Part shown: positions 35,686 to 48,195 of the stretch, piece by piece
How the letters are laid out: every line of letters begins with the position of its first letter
Position numbering within the stretch: the stretch's first letter is position 1
Source: Monocercomonoides exilis PA203
Lineage: Eukaryota; Protista; Preaxostyla
Reading direction: 5' to 3'
Length of the DNA: 64,000 nt
Assembly (NCBI GenBank): GCA_001643675.2
Contig: LSRY02000008.1
Location: 1,178,001 to 1,242,000, forward strand
The notes under the pieces: generated by a model
Databases searched by the model: none
Seen by the model: the letters and a program-made list of their open reading frames with translations, nothing else
Told to the model about the DNA's origin: nothing
Made by a program: the position numbers and the translations under genes

Positions 35686-37413
35686 TTAAAATGCTCCTGT
35701 TCCAATCGAACTCTCCGTCCTCCCTTTCCCAATGACAAAAATCTTCTTTTCTCCAATATCGATTGTTGCTGTCTCGCTGATGTGATTCCCTTCCATCAGC
35801 ATGACTGATGAGCTCAGCTCTTCCAAGCCCGTCTCCACTGCGTGTCCTACCGTCTTGCAAGGTGCCGACTCGCCCATTCCACACATCCCACTCGAGTCCT
35901 TACCATTCACCCCCACAAACAGAACCTTCGACCATTCGTTCAGCCACACCTTTTTTGATGTTTGGTTATATGACCAAGCTTTTGCACTTGCATAATTGTA
36001 TGCATAGCACACTCTCTGGTCATCTGTGTTTGTTGTGTAACATTCTTTGAACGGATTTCCTGTGCTCAAAAAAACATTGTTATAATCTGCAAATTCTAAA
36101 TCATGCCCATATGGATTGGATGCATCCCTGCATTTGCATTCATGAAAGAAAAGGAAAAAACAATAAATCTTATCATCTGGTGCATTTTGTCTATCTGGAT
36201 TAAAATGAAACCCTCCTCCATATCTCATTGCAGAGCATGAGATAAATTGAACGCTCCTCATTTTGAACTGGGGAACAATATTGAAACAGCACATGCCCCC
36301 ACCGCAATCACCAGAAATTGTACAAGAAGAAAAGCTACAGTCAAACACACACGCACTTTTCCCTCCTCCATTTTCTGTCTCAATGCATTCTTGCCCCGAA
36401 ACATTAAAATTATCAAGATAAAGTCCTCCTCCAGCATTATTTGCTTTACAATTCTGGAATTCACATCCACTGGTCCGAGCACACGTCGAAATCAAATAAA
36501 CGAATACCCCTCCTCCATATCGATTTTGCGCATTACATGAATTGAACGTGTTATTCACAATTTCAACCGATTTAATATTATAGCAATGAACGCCTCCGCC
36601 ACACCAATGCGCGACACATTCATTGAATGCACAATGCGAAACTGAAACAGTGGCCAACGATTGACCACACATGAATATCGCTCCCCCGCTCGATATACCA
36701 TCATCCCATGAATCGCCTTTTCCCGCTGTTTTCGACCCATCCCATTCGCACCAAGTGAATGTATTCGTTCCATTGAATGTTTCATTTTGTCTCTCTGGGT
36801 GTTTCTTATTACCTGAAGTTCCAATATATTCAACATTTCTTGTTCTGCAACACCCGATGAATGATGTATTTGAGGCTGTCAAGGAAGCCAAGGGGTTGTT
36901 GAGGGAATGAATAATCCCGCCATCATATGCATCGCAAACAGAAGAAAATGAGCAGCTGTTCATAAAACAAGAGGTTTGGGTTGACATTGTGGTTGAAGGC
37001 GAGCATGTCGAAGTTGCTGTTGAAATGTTGAAAAATGATAATTTGGAGAGGGATACAAGGGGTATTGAAGGGGATGAGAGGAATGGGGCTGATGAGACGC
37101 AAAAAGAAGAGAAGTGTGATTCGCTCACCGAAATACTCCCTTCAATGCCTTCTCCTTCTCTTCCTCTTCCCATTTCTCCTCCTTCTCCTCCTTTTTCTTC
37201 ACCTCCACCCTTCTCCCCTCCATATCCCTTCCCTCCAAACAGCCTGCCTGAATAGATCTCTCCCCCTCTTCCCCACCCCTTCAATGTGATATTTGTCAAC
37301 ACCCCAATGCTCCCACTCACATCAAATGCCTCTGCCTCATCTTCCCTCCCCATCCCCACAACAAACTTTTCATCCCCTTCCCTTTTTCCCACTCTTCTGC
37401 AAATGCTCCTCAA
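35686..37413 (-). CDS. Beta-helix family copy 9 (mosaic); homology continues out of frame to ~35540
   Basis: 575-codon ORF; shares blocks with copies 14, 10/13, 11 and 7. After a frameshift, ORF 35571..35756 continues STGVLFSVTTGQLGLLHMEVDCNS. Confidence 0.7.
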   Translation of the reverse strand: MRSICRRVGKREGDEKFVVGMGREDEAEAFDVSGSIGVLTNITLKGWGRGGEIYSGRLFGGKGYGGEKGGGEEKGGEGGEMGRGREGEGIEGSISVSESHFSSFCVSSAPFLSSPSIPLVSLSKLSFFNISTATSTCSPSTTMSTQTSCFMNSCSFSSVCDAYDGGIIHSLNNPLASLTASNTSFIGCCRTRNVEYIGTSGNKKHPERQNETFNGTNTFTWCEWDGSKTAGKGDSWDDGISSGGAIFMCGQSLATVSVSHCAFNECVAHWCGGGVHCYNIKSVEIVNNTFNSCNAQNRYGGGVFVYLISTCARTSGCEFQNCKANNAGGGLYLDNFNVSGQECIETENGGGKSACVFDCSFSSCTISGDCGGGMCCFNIVPQFKMRSVQFISCSAMRYGGGFHFNPDRQNAPDDKIYCFFLFFHECKCRDASNPYGHDLEFADYNNVFLSTGNPFKECYTTNTDDQRVCYAYNYASAKAWSYNQTSKKVWLNEWSKVLFVGVNGKDSSGMCGMGESAPCKTVGHAVETGLEELSSSVMLMEGNHISETATIDIGEKKIFVIGKGRTESSIGTGAF

Positions 37414-38196
37414 AACATTCTATCTTCAAATTCTTTTTTCCTCCATTTCCTCGCCATTCATTCCTTTTCAATCTGTTTTCTTAGTAATACCTTTTTTTTC
37501 TCAAATTCTTGCCAGACTCCTTCTTTTGTCATCTCATCAGCTTTTCGCTCTTTCTTCTGTCGCTTCCCCTCCTTTTCTAAAATCCTATTCTCTTTTAAAT
37601 AAATATATATATACAAAAAAAAGAAAGAAAAGAAATTACAAGATAAGATGCTATTATTATGATAAATAAAAACTCATGCCTTTTTCATTCGCTCCTCTTC
37701 ACTGGCTTTTTCTTTCTTCTTCTTCTTCTAATATTGATTCTTTCTTCCACTTCATCCATCTTCTTCGCCTTTGATTCCAATCTCATTGTCAATCTCATTC
37801 CTTTCCTTTTCTCCTGATATATTTTCTCTTTCCAATCCTCACATTTCCTTCTTCTCCAAGAACTCCAAAATCCCAAATCTCTGAATAAGATTTCGAAGGA
37901 GAGGAAAAAGAAAGGGAACGAAAACCTGAATAAAACAAAACAAAAAAAAAAAAATATGAGGCTAATGATGGCAAAGAGAAAGAGGAAAAGGATGAAAAAA
38001 ATCAATGGATTTCTTTTTAAAAGCGAAGAAGAATTAGATGATAATGAAATAGAATATGGCAAAGAAGTCAATGAAAATGTGTCTTGCTAATAAAAAGAAT
38101 AGGAAGAGAAAAAGAAAAAAACAAAGACAACAAAGAATGCGAAGATGAAGAAGATGAAGAAGATGAGAAGGATGAACAACACAAATCCACCTCCAA

Positions 38197-39813
38197 TCAG
38201 ATTTTCTTCTTCTCTTTGCCCATTCCAATAACTGAAATCTTCTTTGTCCCAATCTCAATCGTTGTTGTCTCGCTTGTGTGATTCCCTTCCATCAGCGTGA
38301 TTGCCAAGCTAATTTGTATCTTACACATCTCGAATGCCTTCTTCACCGTCAGACACGGATATGTTTCATTCATCCCACACAACTCAATATTATCATCTCC
38401 ACCAACAGAAACATATATCGTTTTGTCCTTCAGCCAATCCCACTTTTCTGTGTGCTTGTGGATCCAATTAGTACCATCATAGTATTCATAAAATAATCTC
38501 CTATCATCAGCATTTGTAGCATAGCACTCGAAAAACGGATTTCCAGAATCCAAAAAATGTTTGTAATAATCTGCATATGCAATATCATGTCCGCGTGGAG
38601 GATTGGCTGAGCATTTGCATTCGTGGAAAAAAAGAAAATAACAATAATGCAAATCAATTGGCATTGTTGTTTTATCTGTATATAATCGCAACCCTCCGCC
38701 ATATGAAACAGCAGAGCAAAAAAGAAATCTAATATTCTTGATCTTGAATGCAGCTGGAATGTTAGTGCAATACATGCCTCCACCATATGAATTTGTGACT
38801 GAGCATGAAGTGAAACTGCAGTCAAACACACACGCACTCTCCCCTTCTCCACTTTCTGTTGGAATGCATCCTGTTTCTGAAACCTGAAAATCATCCAGTC
38901 TCAAACCTCCTCCCCAGCCATTTGCAGAACATTTTTGAAATTCACATCCGCTGATCTGAACACATGATGAAATCGAATAAGCATGAATTCCGCCACCTGT
39001 ATTTGCTTGTGCTGTGCAGCTGCTGAATGTGCTGTTCTCACACACAATTGTCTTGATCGCATGGCAAAATACACCTCCCCCATATGCGTCGGAATAGCAG
39101 TTGTTGAACTTGCAAAACAAAATAGACAATACTCCTTCTCCTAAATTGAACATGCATATCGCTCCCCCGCTCGATATACCATCATCCCATGAATCGCCTT
39201 TTCCCGCTGTTTTCGACCCATCCCATTCGCACCAAGTGAATGTATTCGTTCCATTGAATGTTTCATTTTGTCTCTCTGGGTGTTTCTTATTACCTGAAGT
39301 TCCAATATATTCAACATTTCTTGTTCTGCAACACCCAATGAATGATGTATTTGAGGCTGTCAAGGAAGCCAAGGGATTGTTGAGGGAAGGGACAATCCCG
39401 CCATCATATGCATCACAAACTGATGAAAAGGAGCAGCTGTATATCATACATGTGGTTTGGGTTGACATTGTGGTTGGAGGTGAACATGCATCATTTGCTG
39501 TTGAGATGTTGAAAAATGTGAGTTGTGAGAAGGAAACAAAGAGCATTGAGGATGATGAAAAAAATGATGTTGAAGATGAGAAATGCGATTCTCTCACAGA
39601 AGTTCTTCCTTTTTCCTTTTCCCATTTGCAATGTGCTTGTCTTGAATGCACGCACAATGAAGCAGCATTCTCGGAAAAGTCCAAGTCTCTTTTCCAATCT
39701 CTTCTACGGCTTCTGACTTGCATGCTGAACTCATATCCATTTTCGGTTGTTGTTAACTTCTGTCTTTTTTTCCATATTCCATTCACATCCATTCCTTTTG
39801 AATGTTCGCGCAA
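38197..39813 (-). CDS. Beta-helix family copy 10
   Basis: 538-codon ORF; mirror partner of copy 13; ends GKEKKKI*. Confidence 0.7.
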   Translation of the reverse strand: MREHSKGMDVNGIWKKRQKLTTTENGYEFSMQVRSRRRDWKRDLDFSENAASLCVHSRQAHCKWEKEKGRTSVRESHFSSSTSFFSSSSMLFVSFSQLTFFNISTANDACSPPTTMSTQTTCMIYSCSFSSVCDAYDGGIVPSLNNPLASLTASNTSFIGCCRTRNVEYIGTSGNKKHPERQNETFNGTNTFTWCEWDGSKTAGKGDSWDDGISSGGAICMFNLGEGVLSILFCKFNNCYSDAYGGGVFCHAIKTIVCENSTFSSCTAQANTGGGIHAYSISSCVQISGCEFQKCSANGWGGGLRLDDFQVSETGCIPTESGEGESACVFDCSFTSCSVTNSYGGGMYCTNIPAAFKIKNIRFLFCSAVSYGGGLRLYTDKTTMPIDLHYCYFLFFHECKCSANPPRGHDIAYADYYKHFLDSGNPFFECYATNADDRRLFYEYYDGTNWIHKHTEKWDWLKDKTIYVSVGGDDNIELCGMNETYPCLTVKKAFEMCKIQISLAITLMEGNHTSETTTIEIGTKKISVIGMGKEKKKI

Positions 39814-42800
39814 AAGTCTCTGTTATCTTTTTGAATAAAATATATTTAATAATGCAAAAATTATAATAATGCAAAAAACGTAATAAATAAAAAAAATTAA
39901 GAAATTAAAAAAAAAATTCCAAAAAATAATTGATATTAAAAATATGAAAAGCCCCGTACCATTTTCTTTTCACCATCTTCCACTTCTTCTTCTCGACTTT
40001 TTGCCAAATTTCTTCTTCTGCTATATCATCATTTTTCCATTCCCTCCTTTAACTTTTATTAAGATTCATCGTATATGCCTTCCAAAACCTTCAAAAAAAT
40101 ATATCTTCTTCTCTTTTCCTTGATATTTCATCCGGCTCATTCCTCGATGCTCCCCTTCATTTATTATCTCCAGATTTCTTTATATGCATCCAATATCCCC
40201 TCAAATCATATTCCTTGTTCGTTCATTGCCATTGAGCAGTCCTGTGAAAAAACCTAATTTCATAATAAAAAATAAAAACATTTGATAAAAAATATTAATA
40301 AAAAAATGCAAACCTACATCTTTCGCAATGACCGCCTTTCGCTGACTTTTTTCTTTCTTCTTCTTCTTCTTTTTAAAATATTAACAAAAGCTCAATCTTC
40401 TGTTCCGCTTCCACTCAAATAACCTCCACAAACTCCATTCTATAAAAATACAAGCAATGAAGAAGATTCCATCTGAAGAATCTCTTCCCATCTCTTGCCA
40501 AAATCTTCTTCTTCTTCTCTCCATTTCCCCCCAAAACAACAGCAATACCATCCCACCAAATATCACAATCCCTGTCTCCCCAGCTCCCATTCCCCTTCTT
40601 CCAACCAATAAAAATAAATATCTCCATTTCTTTGTATGTCTCTGGCGCAAAACATCTTCTCGTGGTCAGCCCCTCACCTCGCTCCATCTCTGTCGCGAAT
40701 CCATCCCCACACCTCCAATGCAAAGCGCCAGCGCTGATGTTCCTTCTTCCCGTCTTCCTCCGCCTCCACCTCCAACACTTGTCCTGCAAATGAGAGGCGC
40801 GGCCAAACGGTCCTTTCAATAAAAAATTAAAAAAGATTAAAAAAATATCTCTCACTTTTTTTCCCCCTTCAACCCCGCTTCCCTCTCTAATTATACACTC
40901 ACTCACAAATGCTCTCCCTCTTGTTCCGCCTCATATGCCTCCTTCTCTCTGCATTTGAAATAAAAGCATCTTCCCCCCATATCTCTCCATTTCCTGTCCT
41001 CCCCTCCAGTGAATATATTCCATTCACCCCACTCATCTTCTGCCCTTCTTGTTTTCCCTCTTATCCCACCTCCTCCACATCGAATTCCTTTTCTCCAACA
41101 ATAAACACGGCCTAAACACCTTCCCAATGATAAAAATCTCAAAAACTACCCCTCCCAACCTCATCCCAATCCATCCTCCGCACATCCGTTTTGCATCTGA
41201 AATATCACCAAAACCACCTCTTTCTCCCCCCAAAAAAACATTCTTTTATCGTTCCATTCCCTCTCTAAACCCTGCCTCCTTCAAGTACTCAACTCCATCA
41301 CCCCATTCCATAAATCCATTCTTTTACAATCGCATTGTCTTCATATGCCCATTCAGCCACGACACATCGAGTTGTGCCCCTTTTCTTTTGTGGCTCTAAT
41401 TCGTTATGGAACATGATCAAGAAATGCTTAATGCTCAGAAACTGCCAACGGAGTGAGATTCCGAAGCTAAAACAAGCACAGGTTGACTAAGTGAAATATT
41501 TCCAGTGAAAATGTGGGGTATTACAAAAGAATATTTATTCGATGGAAGATGAAATTATTCATTTTGATTGATGAATGGCTGTGAAGCAACAATATTTTCG
41601 ATGGAAAAGAAGAATTTTCGATGTATGCAATTTTTATTGCTCTATTGATTGTGAAGATGTTATCATCCGTATCCTCTCCAAAGTCGTGATTCAGACAACT
41701 TATAAAAAATGGACAATCTATTCTTTGCAGAGCAGAACAGCGAGGAAGGGAGCCAAATGATACCTTACAAATATATTAGAGCCTGAATGTATTTTGTTAC
41801 AAATATTTATGTGACTTATTTTGGACTCAACATGCGCGATGGATAGAAATGCGATGAAAAATGAATTTTAATGGAGCAGAAATGAACGGGGTTGGAAGAC
41901 ATTCAAAGCTAAAAGGAAGAATAACAAAATTCAATGAAAAGTGAGCGTTTTTTAATGAGGGTGGGATATTTTCAGAAAATTTTTGTTGGGGAGATTGGGG
42001 CAAATAACTGAAACAGGAGATTGAAATTGGTTGGGACAGAACAAGGCGCATTTCTTGGGGTGGGAATGGCAAGACATTGCTTTTACGCGCTGGGGGGAGC
42101 GATGGAACTGGATTTGATTACTTGGCTTTTGAACCAAATATACGAGAAAATCAGAAAGTTTGGCGTTATACAAGAAGCTTGGAGTGGATTACAGGCAAAA
42201 TGGACTTTGAGTCATTTGACCTTTGTCTTCAGCCTTCTATCATTGAAACGTTATTCACAAGAGCAGAGAACGAGGTTGCGATGCTGAGAATATCTTCTGA
42301 CAGAAGATACATAGTATTCAAACTTGACAATAACATCGCGTTCACCATCTTCATCATCTTCATCTCTGTCATTGCCATCATCGCTGTCATCATCATCCTC
42401 ATCTTCATTAAAAATTTTATTGAAGGATTTTTATTATCTATGTGTTATTTGAGTGGGATCTGTGCCAAGAATTGGAAATAAGCAAGTTTTTGGAAGCAGA
42501 ACAGAATCACTTTCATTGATGTTGAGATTGGCAGCAGAAGCAAAAAAGGCGAATTTTGCTGGCAGAAAAGAACAACATTTTGAGAGGCTCAAGAAGAAGA
42601 AGAAAGTGTGTGAAGATTGGCAATAAATATATTTTTAGAGTTTGCTTTGTATTATTTTTTTTTCTCAAATTTTTCACATATTTATTTTTTTTATTTTTTT
42701 GAGGGATTAAGATTTATGGAAGGACATTTTCAGGCAATGAATGAACATGGGGGAAAGAGCATATTGGATGCTTTTGAGAAATCAGGCAATAACAAAAATT

Positions 42801-43256
42801 TGAGAATATCGAAGAATGAGCTGGAGGAAATCAATGAAATGAATGGAAGAGGAGACCTTTGAAGATTTGTGCGGCGATTTGAAAAAGAAGAAGGGGAAGC
42901 GACGGAAAAGAGTAATCGGAAAATTGAGGAAATGGCTGAAGAAGAAATGTGACAGGAAGTCAAGATGGAAATGAAGATGAAGAAAAGGAAGAAGATTGCA
43001 AAAAGAAAAAGGTACTGGTTTGTGATATTTTTAATATCAATTTTATGTATTTTTTATATTTTTTCTTTATATTTTTAATTGATAATAGGGACTTTTGCAT
43101 GAATATTCAAAAGCGATGAATGCGAATGGAATATGGAAAGAAGGAAGAAAACGGAAACAGAAGGAAAAAAAAGAGATGTGTGGAAGCCATGATGATCAGA
43201 AGGGGAAGAAGAAGCAGAAAAAATGATACAATCATATTGAGATATTTTGCAGCGTT

Positions 43257-45446
43257 ATGCTAAAGGCGTTGAGAAGAGAAGGTTGCGTTGAAGAAAGAAT
43301 TTCAGTGAATGAATCGCGTTTCTCATCTTCTTCCCCATTCTTCTTTTCACCTTCCATTCCCTTTATATCCCTCTTTCATTTGACATTTTTCAATATTTCA
43401 ACAGCATCTTCAGATTGCCCATCTCCAACAATTACGTCAACCCAAACATCAAGTTTTATGAATAGTTGCTCATTCTTGTCTGTTAATGATGCATATGATG
43501 GCGGAATTGTTCCCTCCCTTAATAACCACTTGGCTTTCTTGACTGCCTCAAACACATCGTTTGTCAGATGTTGTCGGACAAGGAATGTTGTTTGCGAAGG
43601 AACTGCAGAGGTACCATTGAAACCAGACAGACAGAATGAAACATTCAATGGAGCTAATTCATTCACTTGGTGTGAATGGAATGGATCGAGAACAACAGGA
43701 AAAGGCGAGGTATATTCCGATGGCACTTCGAACGGTGGTGCGATATTCATGTGTGGTCAATCGTTGGCCGCTGTTTCAGTTTCGCATTGTGCATTCAATG
43801 AATGTGTCGCGCATTGGTGCGGTGGAGGTATTAGTTGCTATAATATTAAATCGGTTGAGATTGTGAATAACACGTTCAATTCATGTAATGCGCAAAATCG
43901 ATATGGAGGAGGGGTATTCGTTTATTTGATTTCGACGTGTGCTCGGACCAGTGGATGTGAATTCCAGAATTGTAAAGCAAATAATGCTGGAGGAGGACTT
44001 TATCTTGATAATTTTAATGTTTCGGGGCAAGAATGCATTGAGACAGAAAATGGAGGAGGGAAAAGTGCGTGTGTGTTTGACTGCAGTTTCACTTCATGCT
44101 CGATAACAAACAATGGAGGTGGGGGTATGTGTTGTGCTAACATTCCAATCACACAATTCAAAATGAGGAGCATTCGGTTTATTTCATGTTCAGCATTAAG
44201 AGAAGGCGGAGGATTGGAGTTATATCCATACAGACAAGCATCACAAAATGATGTGATTTATTGTTATTTCCTGTTCTTTCACGAATGCAAATGCTCTGCA
44301 GCCACTCCATATGGTCATGATATGGTATATTATGATCGATATAATGTTTTTAAGTCTTCAAACAATCCTTTCTATGAATGCTACACAACAAATACAGATG
44401 ACAAGAGAGTGTGTTATGGATATGATTATACGGGAAGTAGTTGGTCGTACTATCACACAGAAAAAAAGGATTGGTTGAAGGACAAGACAGTATACGTGTC
44501 AGAGAGCGGGAATGATGAACATGTGCTGTGCGGGTCAAATGAATCAAATCCGTGTCTGACGGTGAAGAAGGCGTTTGAGATGTGCGAGGTGCAGATTAGC
44601 TTGACAATCACGCTGCTGGACGGGAATCACACAAGCGAGGCAACAACAGTTGATATTGGAGAAAAGAAGATTTCAGTTATTGGGAAAGGCAAAGATAAGA
44701 GTTCGATTGGAACAGGAGCCCTTTCATCAACTGGAGCGCTGTTCAGTGTGACAACAGGCCAACTTGGTTTATTGCACATGAAGGTTGATTGCAACTCAAA
44801 TGCAAATCCTTCTTCGCCGAGTGTAGTTGCGGTGTCTGATGGAGGTGGGTCACTCTCGTTGGAGGATGTTGTGATCACCACGAGTAAAACAGGAGACTAT
44901 GTGATGTCGTCGTCAGTGTTTGTGGTGCCGCTGTCGCAGCTGTCGATGGTTGATGTGGAGATCATAAATATGAATGTCTCAAAATCATTGTTCTCTGAGC
45001 CGGATCTCTCTTCTCCTTCTTCTTCTTCTTCATTGTTGTCATTGTCGTCAACTGCACTGTATCTGACAGCCACAGCATCAGGAGATAGCGTGCTGGCGAA
45101 TGTGAAGGTGACGAATGTGAAGTTGACTGAAGGAGATGGGGTGGTTGTGGCAAAGAGTGTGAAGGCAGGAGAGACGTTCGGGATGATGAGCACGAGAACA
45201 GAAGGGGAGCAGAGTGGTTGTATATTTGGGAAGGGCGATTCTGAGATGAATTTTTGGTCGCATGTGAAATTGGAGGGAGGAATAAAAAATCATAGGTGCG
45301 TTGCGAATTTGTTTCTGTTTTGCTGCAACCCGTGCAACCCACATAAAATAAGCACCATCACTGCTGCAAAACTCGAAATCTCCTGTTTTATCGAGGAGAA
45401 GAAAATCGGGTTTATTTGTGAAAAGGAAAGGAAGAAAGGTGAGTAA
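43257..45446 (+). CDS. Beta-helix family copy 11 (longest retained C-terminus)
   Basis: 729-codon ORF with ATG start. Continues past SLSLEDVVITT into further beta-strand-rich sequence and a Ser run, until ~45180. Confidence 0.72.
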   Translation: MLKALRREGCVEERISVNESRFSSSSPFFFSPSIPFISLFHLTFFNISTASSDCPSPTITSTQTSSFMNSCSFLSVNDAYDGGIVPSLNNHLAFLTASNTSFVRCCRTRNVVCEGTAEVPLKPDRQNETFNGANSFTWCEWNGSRTTGKGEVYSDGTSNGGAIFMCGQSLAAVSVSHCAFNECVAHWCGGGISCYNIKSVEIVNNTFNSCNAQNRYGGGVFVYLISTCARTSGCEFQNCKANNAGGGLYLDNFNVSGQECIETENGGGKSACVFDCSFTSCSITNNGGGGMCCANIPITQFKMRSIRFISCSALREGGGLELYPYRQASQNDVIYCYFLFFHECKCSAATPYGHDMVYYDRYNVFKSSNNPFYECYTTNTDDKRVCYGYDYTGSSWSYYHTEKKDWLKDKTVYVSESGNDEHVLCGSNESNPCLTVKKAFEMCEVQISLTITLLDGNHTSEATTVDIGEKKISVIGKGKDKSSIGTGALSSTGALFSVTTGQLGLLHMKVDCNSNANPSSPSVVAVSDGGGSLSLEDVVITTSKTGDYVMSSSVFVVPLSQLSMVDVEIINMNVSKSLFSEPDLSSPSSSSSLLSLSSTALYLTATASGDSVLANVKVTNVKLTEGDGVVVAKSVKAGETFGMMSTRTEGEQSGCIFGKGDSEMNFWSHVKLEGGIKNHRCVANLFLFCCNPCNPHKISTITAAKLEISCFIEEKKIGFICEKERKKGE

Positions 45447-48195
45447 TTTGATGGAACATCAACGATTTATTTTTTCTTTGAAAAAAAAGAGTATTTATGT
45501 TAATTCATAAATTTCGATGTTTTGCAGAAACAAAAAGTGGACAAGTTTCTTTGTTGAATCCTTCTTTTTTTTTTTCAATGAAAAAATTCATATGATTTTT
45601 ATTTTTTCATTCATTAGCCAACTGCTTTTGAATGATTTTTTAGACTACAATAGTTATTAAAAATATATATCGATCTTTTCTTTTTCATTCTTTTTTTTTC
45701 AAATGTGATTTTCACAACAACATTTTTTTATAACAAAATGAAAAAATCAAATAGTTCCCTTGTTTGAAAGGATATATGAAATTTCGGAACAAACTGTTGA
45801 AGAACTTCAAAAATGATATGTTGATGAACAAACAAACAAATGGATAAATGAATGGATGAAAAACATCAAACAAGAGTATTTTCACAGCAACTGATGAATG
45901 AAAAAGGAAAACGATAACTTTTTTTTGTATTTTTGTCAAGTAATATCAAACTCTTCTGATTTGTCAATCATTCATTTTCATTTTGACAGGGGAAAATAAA
46001 AATGAAAACAATTATTCATTGAGAAATCAGATGAATTAGAAAATGGGCTTTATCATGATTCAAATGAGAAACATTTATCAAAATGAAAAATATGAATCAA
46101 AAAATGATCAAATCTTTTTTATTAGAAATGATTATTTTTCATTGACGTTTAACTCTATATCCTTTTTTATATCAACCACAAGGCACTCAATGGCTTTCAA
46201 AATCATGATTTCAAAATTAATCACCCATATTAATTCTTTTGAATTGAATGTTTCTTTTTAGTTTGTTTAGCTGTCTATTATTTCAGAACTAATATATCTT
46301 TCCCAAAACTTTGATGAGACGATAATTATACAATCACTTTATGTTCATTTCTCTTTTATGATTTTTGAAATCACATTTTAACTTCAAAATAAGTTTTAAT
46401 GCACCAATTTATCAAACATATTTGGAACAATGAAAAATTACCAACAAATTGTGATTTGCATTTCTGTCAAATTTGACAAATCGATTGTCCTCATTCAAGG
46501 AAAATCCCAAATGTCATTGAATATGGAGATTTTTTACATGTGCGATTTTTCAAAAAAAGTGAAACATTTTTATTTGATATTTTTATTCTATTTTAATAAT
46601 TTAAGAGATGCTCAAATTAATTATTCTAACTTTTTATTGCGTGAAATTAAATATAAATATATATATAGTTAGTGTTAATAATGGTGGATACTTTCAATAA
46701 CTGTGGACAGTTGCATTATCTCAACAATCGTTGACAGTTGCTTTTTGACAATTAACCCAATTATTCCCTCATTGAATATGAACTTATATATCTTTCAAAA
46801 ATGAATCTTTCTTAATTCCTGGGAGCAAGTTGTAACATTACAGTACGTCTCATAAGTTCATATTCAATGAGGGAATAATTGTGTTAATTGTCAAAAAGCA
46901 ACTGTCAACGATTGTTGAGATAATGCAACTGTCCACAGTTATTGAAAGTATCCACCATTATTAACACTAACTATATATATATTTATATTTAATTTCACGC
47001 AATAAAAAGTTAGAATAATTAATTTGAGCATCTCTTAAATTATTAAAATAGAATAAAAATATCAAATAAAAATGTTTCACTTTTTTTGAAAAATCGCACA
47101 TGTAAAAAATCTCCATATTCAATGACATTTGGGATTTTCCTTGAATGAGGACAATCGATTTGTCAAATTTGACAGAAATGCAAATCACAATTTGTTGGTA
47201 ATTTTTCATTGTTCCAAATATGTTTGATAAATTGGTGCATTAAAACTTATTTTGAAGTTAAAATGTGATTTCAAAAATCATAAAAGAGAAATGAACATAA
47301 AGTGATTGTATAATTATCGTCTCATCAAAGTTTTGGGAAAGATATATTAGTTCTGAAATAATAGACAGCTAAACAAACTAAAAAGAAACATTCAATTCAA
47401 AAGAATTAATATGGGTGATTAATTTTGAAATCATGATTTTGAAAGCCATTGAGTGCCTTGTGGTTGATATAAAAAAGGATATAGAGTTAAACGTCAATGA
47501 AAAATAATCATTTCTAATAAAAAAAGATTTGATCATTTTTTGATTCATATTTTTCATTTTGATAAATGTTTCTCATTTGAATCATGATAAAGCCCATTTT
47601 CTAATTCATCTGATTTCTCAATGAATAATTGTTTTCATTTTTATTTTCCCCTGTCAAAATGAAAATGAATGATTGACAAATCAGAAGAGTTTGATATTAC
47701 TTGACAAAAATACAAAAAAAAGTTATCGTTTTCCTTTTTCATTCATCAGTTGCTGTGAAAATACTCTTGTTTGATGTTTTTCATCCATTCATTTATCCAT
47801 TTGTTTGTTTGTTCATCAACATATCATTTTTGAAGTTCTTCAACAGTTTGTTCCGAAATTTCATATATCCTTTCAAACAAGGGAACTATTTGATTTTTTC
47901 ATTTTGTTATAAAAAAATGTTGTTGTGAAAATCACATTTGAAAAAAAAAAAGAATGAAAAAGAAAAGATCGATATATATTTTTAATAACTATTGTAGTCT
48001 AAAAAATCATTCAAAAGCAGTTGGCTAATGAATGAAAAAATAAAAATCATATGAATTTTTTCATTGAAAAAAAAAAAGAAGGATTCAACAAAGAAACTTG
48101 TCCACTTTTTGTTTCTGCAAAACATCGAAATTTATGAATTAACATAAATACTCTTTTTTTTCAAAGAAAAAATAAATCGTTGATGTTCCATCAAA

